Below are positions 23,501-34,900 of a stretch of DNA of 64,000 bases, piece after piece. This DNA comes from Mobula hypostoma (lineage: Eukaryota), in the NCBI RefSeq assembly GCF_963921235.1, contig NW_026948139.1:124001-188000 (forward strand). Reading direction: 5' to 3'. The notes beneath the pieces were generated by a model. The model searched no databases, was not told where the DNA came from, and saw only the letters and a list, made by a program, of their open reading frames with translations. Every line of letters starts with the position of its first letter. The stretch's first letter is position 1. Both the position numbers and the translations under genes were made by a program.

Positions 23501-25932
23501 GACCCTTCGGCAGGGCTCACGTGTGGCTTGGCTACTAAGCCCGGCGGAACCGTTTCCACTGACCGGAGACGGGGCAAAGGCGGGTTACTGGCGCCTTACA
23601 AACAGTCGCTTCGGGCAGGTGGGGCTCGTCAGCCCGTGGTTGGCAGCTCATCAGGGAGAAGGAAAACTCTGATCTCAAGTCTCCGCTGCCTTGTGACGAT
23701 ACCCACTCATGGGGGAGGCTTCGGGAGTAAACCCCGAGGTAAAATTCCGGAACTGCAATCCCTGAGGCAGTCCGACATTGAGTCCAATGCCGACTGGCAA
23801 CTCCTGAGAGAGCGCTAGTACCAAACTGCGTGGGTCTCTGCCGTTTCGTTGGGTTCATCAGCAGGGCGGAGAGGGGGAGTCTGCTACTTGGGCAACAGCT
23901 TGCTCTCCAGGCTCGCGTCTCTAGACAGCTAGGACACAACATCCATGGCCAACCCTGTCCGACAGAGGCCCTCAGATAGGATAGTCTTTTCCCAGAAATA
24001 AAGGCACGGGATTAAGGTGAAAGGGGACCTTGAGAGGGGCAATTTTTCACACAGAGGGTGGTGGGTGTGTGGACCGAGTTGCTAGGGGAAGTGGTAAAGG
24101 TGGGTGTAAAGATTCTTGGACAGATACTTGACAGGAAAGGTGTATTGGGAGTTGGGCCAAAAGCAGACCCCTCTCCCACTCAGCGTAACTGGGCAATTTA
24201 GTCAGCATGAACGAAATGGGCCGAAGGGCCGGTTCCTCTGCTGTACGTCAATGATTCCAATCTCTGTGTAGCACAGTAAGGCCCTTCGGCCCACCGTGTT
24301 GCGCCAGCCTTTTCACCTATTCCACGGTCAATTTAACACTTCCCTCCCACACAGCCCGTAATCTCCCGTTTTTCTTTCATCCTTGTGCCTGTCCAAGAGC
24401 CTTTTAAACGTCCCTCTACCGGCAGTCTCGCTGTGTAAAAACTTACCTCGGACATCTCCCCTAAGCTCCCCTCCGCTCACCTTAGAAGGATGTCCTCTGC
24501 TGTGAACCATTGCCATCCCGTGGAGAAAAAGAGACGCTGCCCGTCCACCTAACTTGTGCCCCTCATCTTGAAACACCTCGATCAAGTCTCACCCTCCTTC
24601 GCTCCAAAGGATAAAAGCCCCAGCTCGCTCATCCGTTCCGTCTAAAACAGATTCTCTAACCAGGCAGGACCCTGGCAAATCTCCTCTGCGCCTCCTCTAG
24701 AGCTCCCAGATCCTCCCCAGGGCGAGGTGACCAATATCCCAAGTGTGGTCCAGCCAGAGCTGTGACTTTACATCGCAGCTCTGGAACTCAATCCCCGCCT
24801 AATGAGGGCAAACACCACCACCACCACCCCGCACGGCTTCGTAATCGCCCCCGTCGGGTTCCGTGGCAATTCTGAGGGGTCTGTAGATGCGGACACTTGC
24901 TGGCCGCAGTTTCTCCTAACCCGCCGATCGGTAGGGGAGACGGGGATGGGGGGCGGTTGCGGTGTGCGTGCGTAACCAGGATTTTAGAGACGCCGAGCGA
25001 GCTGCAAAAGTCGTAGTCCGATTACGACGGAGACGCTGGTGGTGGGTGGGGTGGGGTGGGGTGGGGTGGGGGCGGTGGCAGGAGGGACTTCTCCCTCTCT
25101 CGGAAGGAGGGGCGGGGCTTTGGGACCCCCTTCCTAAGCGAATGAGGCTGGGGGTGGGAGGGATTCCCCATAAATGAGTATGTGTGGCGTTGGGGGGGGG
25201 GGGAGTGGAGCGAGTTTGGGGATTAGGGGTAAGTAGGGTGTGGGGTCAGGATACCCAGCCGGAGTGGGAGAGTGGAAGAGAATGGCCGAGAGGCGTCCTC
25301 CTGCCCCTAATCTGCGCGCAGGTGTCGGTCCTCCGGTCTCCGGGGGTGGGGCTGAGTGAGGCGGGACCGGTGTTTGACCTTCCCCCACCCCTCACCCACA
25401 GATCAGTGACGACGGCCAGCGCCGACCTGACCAGGAGGTGGTGGAACTCCGAGCCCCCCCAGCGGCCCTTCCGCGTCTGCAACCACGACCGCTCTCGCCG
25501 CAAAGGCCTCACCGCCGGGACCCTGAGGGAGCTCGTCAACAAGGTGCGTCCGGAGGGGCAAGGGGAGGTGGAGGTGGGAGTCCACGGGACGTTGCATCAC
25601 AGAGACCATGTGGTGGTGGGGGGGGGGGTGCGGGCGCGTTTAATCAAATCATGTTACACACACACACACACACCACATATGATTACCACACATGCATCCA
25701 AACACGCACACGCATGTCATCCATACCTGCACCATCCAAACACCCTGAGTACACACAAATGTCACACACAATCTACCAACACGTATGTCAATTCACACAT
25801 ACACGCCAAACACTCGATCCACATACAGTCACCATTCATGCTATCCACACACACACACCACTGTCTAACCCTCATACAATCACCACGCACGTCATCCACA
25901 AACATCCAATCACTACTCACACACTCTCTTTA

Positions 25933-25965
<33 letters not shown>

Positions 25966-28900
25966 TGCACTTACACCAACACACACACATTCTGTCTCAC
26001 ACACAAGCATTCAGGGCGCAGGCCTGGGCAAGGTTGTACGGAAGACCAGCAGTTGCCCATGCTGCAAGTCTCCCCTCTCCACGACACCCATGTTGTCCGA
26101 GGGAAGGGCATTAGGACCCATACAGCTTGGTACTGGTGTCATCACAGAGCAATGTGTGGTTAAGTGCCTTGCTCAAAGACACAACATGCTGCCTCAGCTG
26201 GGGCTCGAATTTACAACCTTCAGATTGCTAGTCAAATGCCTTAACCACTTGGGCGGGCGGGCACACACACACACACATTCATTCTCTCTCTCTCTCTCAC
26301 TCACGCACACCAGGAATCCCCATCGGAATATCCTCAGCCCTACTGCCGCATTCCCACTGTTCCACACCAAGATGCACCCCACACTCCTTGCATCAACACC
26401 TAACGTCCCACTCCCCTTTCCGAACCTGGGGAGGGCGGAGTGCATCTCCTCCTGCACCGCTAGCCTCTCTGCATTTGAATGGCGCCGGGTGACAGTCTTC
26501 CCATTGCTCCCCCTGCAGGCCCTCGACGCTCTGCTCATCACCGGGGTGGTCAGCATGGTTCTGGAGGAGGACGGCACCGCTGTGGACACCGAGGACTTCT
26601 TCGATCACCTGGACAATGACACCGTCGTGATGGTTCTGGAGAAGGGCCAGCGATGGACCTCACAGGTCAGTCCATCAGATAGACGCGCGGGTCAGGGTGC
26701 CGTTCACGAAACTGTGCTCTCCAAAGGATGTGTCTGGGTTGGAGAACCAATGTTCACTATCACCGACACACAGAGCCTATAAAAAGTAGTCCTCCCCCTG
26801 CCCCCGGAAGTTTTCATGTTTTATTGTTTTACAACATTGAATCACAGTGGATTCAATTTGGCTTTTTTTTACACTGATCACCAGAAAAAGACTCTTTTGT
26901 GTCAAAGTGAAAACAGATCTCTACAAATTGATCTAAATTACAAATATAAAACACAAAATAACTGATTGCATAAGTTTTCACCCCCTTTAATATGACACAC
27001 CAAATCATCACTGGTACAGCCGATTGATTTCAGAAGTCACATAGTTAAATGGAGATCACTGTGTGCATTCAAGATGTTTCCATTGATTGTAGTAAAAATA
27101 CACCTGTATCTGGAAAGTGAGTCAGTATCCCGGCAAAAACTACACCATGAGGACAAAAGAACACTCCAAGCAACTCGGTGAAAGGGTTATTGAAAAGCTC
27201 AACCCCGGAGAATTTGAGGCTGGACTTGAAACAGGTAGTTCACTCACGATCCCCGTGCAATCTGACAGAGCTTGAGCAGTTTTGTAAGGAAGAATTGGGG
27301 AAAATTGCAGTGTCCAGATGTGCAAAGCTGATAGAGACCTATCCATGCAGAATCAAGGTGTAATTGCTACCAAAGGTGCATCTATTAAATACTGACTTGA
27401 ATGGTGTGAATAATTATGCAATCAATTATTTTGTGCTCTATATTTGCAATGAATTTAGATCACTTTGTAGAGATCTGTTTTCACTTTGACATGAAAGAGA
27501 ATTTTTCTGTTGATCAGTGTCAAAAAAGCCAAATTAAATCCCTTGTGATTTAATGTTGCAAAAGAATAAAAGATGAAAACTTGCAAGGGAGGTGAGCACT
27601 TTTTATAGGCACTGTACATTGCAAAATTTGTAGTTTGGTGGCAGCAGTGCAGATCAAAACGTTTTTTTTTAAATTATTGTTACAATGTGAAATCGATATA
27701 AAATATAAATAGTGCAAAAGGAGATTACAATAGTGAGGTAATGTTCATGGGCCGTCAGGAATCAGATGGTGGAGGGGATGAAGATGTCCTTAAACAGTTG
27801 AGTGTGTATTCTTGGGCTCCAGTACCTCTTTCCCGATGAGAAGAGGGTATGCCCTCGGTGGTGAGGCTCTTAATGATGGATGAAGACGTACTCAGCGGGG
27901 AGGTGGCTAGTTGCTGTGATGGAGCCTACAGTCCTCAGCTGCTATTTGTGCATTCGAGCCTCCACACCAGCCGGTGACGCAGCCAGTCAGAATGCTCTCC
28001 GCCATACAGCTGTAGACATTTTCTAAATTTGTCAAGGAGGTTCCCCTCGGTGTCACCTGGATTAGGTACAGGGAGAGGACTTTGATAAGGTCCCTCGTGG
28101 CAGGCTAGTCTAGTGCAGGATCCGGGATGTAAAATGGATTGGGTTCACCGTTTGCTCATTGAAGCAGAGGGTCATTCGAGGGTTGTTGCACAGACTCGAG
28201 GCCTGTGCCTGGTGGTACGGTATGTCACAGGGGTCAGTGCTGAGACCTTTGATGTTTGTAATTTATGTAAATGATTTGGATGTAAACATACGAGGCATGG
28301 TTGGTAAGTTTGGAGAAGTTTGGTAAGCTTAAAGAAGGTGGTGTTGTAGACAGTGAAGAAGATTATGAAAATTATGGGGAGATCTTGGTCAGCTGGATAT
28401 GTGGCTGAGAATTGATCGGTAAAAGGCTTTCAATCTAGATAAATGGAAGGTATTGCACTTTGGGAGACCAGGTCAGGGTAGGATTCACACAGTGAATAGT
28501 AGGACCATGGGGAGTGTAATGGAACAGAGAGATCGAGGGCTGCAAGTGCAAACTTTGCTGAAAGCAGTGTCTTGGGTGGACGCAGTGGTGAAGAAGGCAT
28601 TTGGTTCACCAGCCCTCGTCCGTCAGGCACAGAGTTGGGAAGTTTTGGAGCAGTTGTATAAGTTGCTGGTGAGTATTATATACAGTTTTATCATCCAGTT
28701 GTAGGATAGTGCTAATCAAACTAGAAATGATAATGAAAAGATTTACCAGGGTGTTGCCTGGACCTGGTCTGATCTACCCAGAGAGGGTGTGTAGTCTTCC
28801 TGGACTGTAGGAGATTGGGGGAGGGAGGATTGGAGTGATGATAGAAGTGTACACGATCATGATGACATAGACAGGGTGAAAGTACAGGGTTTTTTTTTCC

Positions 28901-31900
28901 AGGGAGAGGCTGCTAAAACAAGGAGGCAAAGCTTTAAGATCAGAGGTCAGAGATTTAAAAGGGAGACCTGGAGCAACTACTTCATCGATTTCTCCAATTT
29001 CCAGTAAAACTTCCACCTCGCTTCACACCCCTCCCCTTACCTCCTCTTTTCTCCTCACCCACCTATCACCTCCTCCTGGTGTTTCTTATCCTTCCCCTTC
29101 CTCTCCGATGATCCCTTCTTCTCCAGCCCTTTACCTTTTCCACCCCCCCGCCACCTGGCTTCACCCATCGCATTCTAGTTCACCCTGTCCCAGACACAGG
29201 GTGAGGCTCCCTCCACACCATCCCGTCACACACTCCCAGGGACAGGGTCAGACACAGGGTGAGGCTCCCCCCACACCGTCCCGACACACACTCCCAGGGA
29301 CAGGGTCAGACACAGTGAGGCTCCCTCCACACCGTCCCGTCACACACTCCCAGGGACAGGGTCAGACACAGGGTGAGGCTCCCTCCACACTGTCCCATCA
29401 CACACTCCCCAGGACAGGGTCAGACACAGGGTGAGGCTCCCTCCACACCGTCCCATCACACACTCCCGGGGACAGGGTCAGACACAGGGTGAGACTCCCT
29501 CCACACCGTCCCGTCACACACTCCCAGGGACAGGGTCAGACACAGGGTGAGGCTCCCTCCACACCGTCCCATCACACACTCCCAGGGACAGAGTCAGGCA
29601 CAGGGTGAGGCTCCCTCCACACCATCCCGTCACACACTCCCAGGGACGGGGTCAGACACAGGGTGAGGCTCCCTCCACAGCATCCCATCACACACTCCCA
29701 GGGACAGGGTCAGACACAGGGTGAGGCTCCCCCCCACACCATCCTGTCACACACTCCCAGGGACGGGGTCAGACACAGGGTGAGACTCCCTCCACACCGT
29801 CCCATCACACACTCCCAGGGACGGGGTCAGACACAGGGTGAGGCTCCCTCCACACCGTCCCGTCACACACTCCCAGTGACAGGGGTAGACATAGAGTGAG
29901 ACTCCCTCCACCTACTAGTTCTGGCTTTTCCCCCCTTTCTTTCCTGTCCTGATGAAGGGTCTCGGCCCAAGACGTTGACTGTTTATTCATTTCCATTGCC
30001 TCACCTGCGGAGTTCACAGAATCTGCAAATCTCTCGTGTTCATGCAAATGGTGGTGCGTATTTGGAATGAGCTGCCAGAAACTGTGTGCGATGCAGGCCG
30101 TGGATTCGAGGGATTCAGAGGGTTACAGAACAAATGCAGGTGGATGGGACTAGCTCGCTAGACAACGTGGTCAGCATTGACGAGCTGGGTGAAGGCACAT
30201 CTCTAAGTATCTGTGACAATGAGAGAGTGGGCTTGTTTTACCTGGGGCGAAGGAGGTTGAGAGGTGAAGAGATTTAAGTCAAAGAGGGCACAGAGTCGGG
30301 AGGTAGCCAGACTTTCTCTCCAAGGTGGAGGCATCAAAAAGAGTATAGGATTAACGGGAGGTGACTAGAGGGGTAAATCTTTTACACACACAGAGAGGGT
30401 GATGGCATCAGAAACAACTAAGAGGCATTTAGACAGGGACTTCAATAGGTACCATGTAGGTGAAATACTGGCTTAACGTAGAAATGGGAAGCTAGCATGG
30501 ATGTGATGGGCTGAAAGACCTATTTCTGTGCTGGAGGGTCACAGGCACCTGAGGGTTTCTGAAAGTGGAGGCACCAGTGCTGCCATTGGCACAGAAACAG
30601 AAACATCCAACCTCAGCTCCAGCAGCAGGGATAACTCCCAGTTTCTTGGCTAGGGAAAGGTGTATGTGGATTGGGAGCAGAGATGGTGTGGAGGGAGCCT
30701 CACCCTGGGTCTGACCCTGTCCCTGGGGGTGTGTGACGGGACGGTGTGGGGGGAGCCTCACCCTGGGTCTGACCCTGTCCCTGGGGGTGTGTGACGGGAC
30801 GGTGTGGGGGGAGCCTCACCCTGGGTCTGACCCTGTCCCTGGGGGTGTGTGACGGGACGGTGTGGGGGGAGCCTCACCCTGGGTCTGACCCTGTCCCTGG
30901 GGGTGTGTGACGGGACGGTGTGGGGGGAGCCTCACCCTGTGTCTGACCCTGTCCCTGGGGGTGTGTGACGGGACGGTGTGGGGGGAGCCTCACCCTGGGT
31001 CTGACCCTGTCCCTGGGGGTGTGACGGGAGCCTCACCCTGTGTCTGACTCTGTCCCTGGGAGTGTGTGACGGGAGCCTCACCCTGTGTCTGACCCTGTCC
31101 CTGGGGGTGTGTGACGGGACGGTGTGGGGGAAGCCTCACCCTGGGTCTGACCCTGTCCCTGGGAGCGTGTGACGGGACGGTGTGGGGGGAGCCTCACCCT
31201 GTGTCTGACCCTGTCCCTGGGGGTGTGTGATGGGACAGTGTGGAGGGAGCCTCACCCTGTGTCTGACCCTGTCCTGAGAGTGTGTGACGGGACAGTTTGG
31301 AGGGAATCTCACCCTGTGTCTGATCAGTTTGCCGATGTTTTACAGAGGGGAATGGTATCCTATGCTCTGACCCAGAAACCAAAAAACAGCAAAGACATCG
31401 CCCGGATCACCTTTGACATCTACAAGCTCAACCCCAAGGACCTCTTTGGTTCTGTCAACATCAGGGCTACGTTCTACGGACTTTACTCCATGACCTTTGA
31501 CATCAAGTGTCTGGGGCCTAAGAAGGTCATAAGGTAATGCGGAGAAGCCGATTTGGTGGTGGGGGCGGGGGAGTGGGGTGCATCTGAGGACAGGGTAATG
31601 GAGACATCCGTATGGCCTCCACGGTAATAGTAAGGTGTGACACCTCAGGAACGGGTAGAGGATGGATGCCTCAGGGTATTCCCAAGTCTGGAGAGCTGCA
31701 TTCTCGGCAGACGCTGTCCCGAAAGTTCAGCCACTCCATCCATGCCCGAAGAGTGGCAGGGTGGGGTGGGCAGAGGGTGAAAGTTTTATCGAGCAGTGGG
31801 GTGTTACGGGTTTGATAGGACAGCAGTGTTTTTTTTTCCCAGAGAGGTCATTATGCAGAAAAGGAGACTTCCTTGGCCAGAGAAGTCATTATCCAAACAA

Positions 31901-34900
31901 AACGGTCAAGGTTAGTTGGATAGTCATAGTCATAGTCATAGTCAGACTTTATTGATCCCAGCGGAAAATGGTTTTCGTTACAGTTGCACCATAAATAATT
32001 AAATAGTAATAAAACCATAAATAGTTAAATAGTAATATGTAAATTATGCCAGGAAATAAGTCCAGGACCAGCCTATTGGCTCAGGGTGTCTGACCCTCCA
32101 AGGGAGGAGTTGTAAAGTTTGATGGCCACAGGCAGGAATGACTTCTGCAGAATGACTATGACTAACCAACTGACCTTGACTGTTTTGCCTGGGTAACGAC
32201 TTTTCTGGCCAAGAAAGTCTCCTTTTCTGCATAAACGACCGAGATTGAAGTGGGGGTGAAAATGAGCTCACTGGATGAGTGATTGGGGGGGCAGCAGTAA
32301 AGGGAAGACACCACATCCCTATGCACAGGATGGCGTGCCCAGAGCAGAACAAAACTCCCACAATAAGGATCAATAGCAAAGTGTGCATTATCCTGTATGT
32401 GTAGCTGGGGGCGGGGCAGGGTGTGAGTCCCATACTCGATTATTTATTAACCACCTGGATGCGGGGGTAGAAGGGTGGGTTGGCAAGTTTGCAGACGACA
32501 CAAAGGTTGGTGGTGTTGTAGATAGTGTAGAGGATTGTCGAAGGTTGCAGAAAGACATTGATAGTTTGCAGAAGTGGGCTGAGAAGTGGCAGATGGAGTT
32601 CAACCCAGAGAAGTGTGAGGTGGTACACTTTGGAAGGACAAACTCCAAGGCAGAGTACAAAGTAAATGGCAGGATACTTGGTAGTGTGGAGGAGCAGAGG
32701 GATCTGGGGGTACATGTCCACAGATCCCTGAAAGTTGCCTCACAGGTGGATAGGGTAGTTAAGAAAGCTTATGGGGTGTTAGCTTTCATAAATCGAGGGA
32801 TAGAATTTAAGAGTCGCGATATAATGATGCAGCTCTATAAAACTCTGGTTAGGCCACACTTGGAGTACTGTGTCCAGTTCTGGTTGCCTCACTGTAGGAA
32901 GGATGTGGAAGCATTGGAAAGGGTACAGAGCAGATTTACCAGGATGCAGCCTGGTTTAGAGAGTATGCATTATGATCAGAGATTAAGGGAGCTAGAGCTT
33001 TACTCTTTGGAGAGAAGGAGGATGAGAGGAGACATGATAGAGGTGTACAAGATAATAAGGGGAATAGATAGAGTGGATAGCCAGCACCTCTTCCCCAGGG
33101 CACCACTGCTCAATTCAAGAGGACATGGCTTTAAGGTAAGGGGTGGGAAGTTCAAGGGGGATATTAGAGGAAGGTTCTTTACTCGGAGAGTGGTCGGTGC
33201 GTGGAATACACCGCCTGAGTCAGTGGTGGAGGCAGATACACTAGTGAAGTTTAAGAGACTACTAGACAGGTATATGGAGGAATTTAAGGTGGGGGCTTAT
33301 ATGGGAGGCAGGGTCTGAGGGTCGGCACAACATTGTGGGCCGAAGAGCCTGTACTGTGCTGTACTATTCTATGTTCTATCTACCACATTACCATGTGGAG
33401 AACGTGCTCCTTCAGATTTGGGAATAAATTCTGGGATTATTTCACATCCACAGTGGAGGAGGAATTGGGTGAACAAATATAGATATATGTTCTACGTCTA
33501 GCCTCATGCTGTTCCTGGGAGTGTGTGATGGGACGGCATGGAGGGAGCCTTGCCCTGTGTCTGAACCTGTCCTTCAGAATGTGAGATGGGATGGCGCGGA
33601 GGGAGCCTCATGCTCTCCTTAGGAGTGTGTTACGCGACACAGCAGAAGGAACCACACACTGCACTTGGGAGTGTGTGATGGAGGGAGCCTCACGCTGTCC
33701 TTGGGTGTGTGTGATAGGAGCCTCACTCTGCCTTTGTGAGTTTGTGATGGGACGATGTGGAGCGAGCAGGTCCTTAGTCCCTAGGCATGTATAATGGGAT
33801 TGTGTGGAGGGAGTCTTACCCTGTCCTTGGGAGTGTGTGATGGGACAGCATGCAAGGACGCTCAATCTGCACTTCGGAGAGTGTGATGGAGGGACCCTCA
33901 TCCTCTACTTTGGAGTGTGGGGTGAGATGGTGTGGACAGTTTCACCCTGTCATTGGGTGTCTGTGATGGGACAGTGTAGAAGGAGCCTAGCTCTGTCCTT
34001 GGGAGTGTGTGATAGGACAGTGCTGATGGATCCCCATAGGAGATCTTGGAAGTGGGTGATTGAGCAACCTGGAGAGAGCCTCACCCTGCACTTGGGAGTG
34101 GGTGATGGGACAGTGTGGATGGAGCTTCACTTCTCCTTGGGACTGTGTGATTGGCTGTATGGAGGGAGCCTCATCCTGTCCTTGGGAGTGTGATGGGACT
34201 GTGTGATGGGCTGTATGGAGGGAGCCTCACCCTGTCCTTATGAGTGTGATGGGACTGTGTGAAGGGAGATGCACCCTGTCCTTGGAAGTGTGTGTTGGGA
34301 TAGTGTGGAGGGAGTGTCAGCCTGTCCTTGAGTGAGCCTTATTCTGCCCTTGGGAGTGTATGATGGAGGGAGCCTCACTAGGTCCTAGGGAGTGCGTGAA
34401 GGGACGGTGTTGAGGGAGCCTCACACCATCCCTCGAAGTGTGTGACAGAATGGTGTGGAGGGAGACCCACCCTATTCTTGGGAGTGTGTAATGGCACAGT
34501 GTAGACAGAGCCTCACCCTGTCCTGGTTTTGGGATGCGTAGGGGGAGCCTCACCTGCCTTTGGATGTGTGTGATGGGGGGAGCCTCACCCTGCACTTGGA
34601 AGTGTGTGATGAAGTGAGCCTCACCTGCTCCTTGTGAGTGCATGATAGGTGGGCCTGGGGGGAGCCTCATACTTTCCTAGGGAGAGCGTGATGGGATAGT
34701 GCAGAGGTAGCCTCACCATGTCGTTGGGAGAGCACGATGGGAAGTCATGTTGGGAGCCCCAGCTTGTGCTTAGAATTGTCTGATGAGAAGGTGTGGAGGG
34801 AGCCCTTCCCTCTCCCTCAGAACCGTGAGATGGGACATCATGGAGGGGCCTCACCCTGTCCTTGGGAGTGTGTGTTGGGACAGTGTGGAGGGAGCCTCAC

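Noticed and set aside
26180-26252. tRNA gene (also about 44845-44915 and 6085-6130)
   Set aside because: These A/B-box heads belong to SINEs; they are degenerate and continue into SINE bodies.
25184-26782. 532-aa ORF as a single gene
   Set aside because: Chance read-through of CIDEB intron 2 (CA-rich DNA plus a SINE) linking exons 2 and 3 in frame.
32383-33318. 311-aa ORF as a host gene
   Set aside because: It is the 3' part of a CR1 reverse transcriptase, 5'-truncated.
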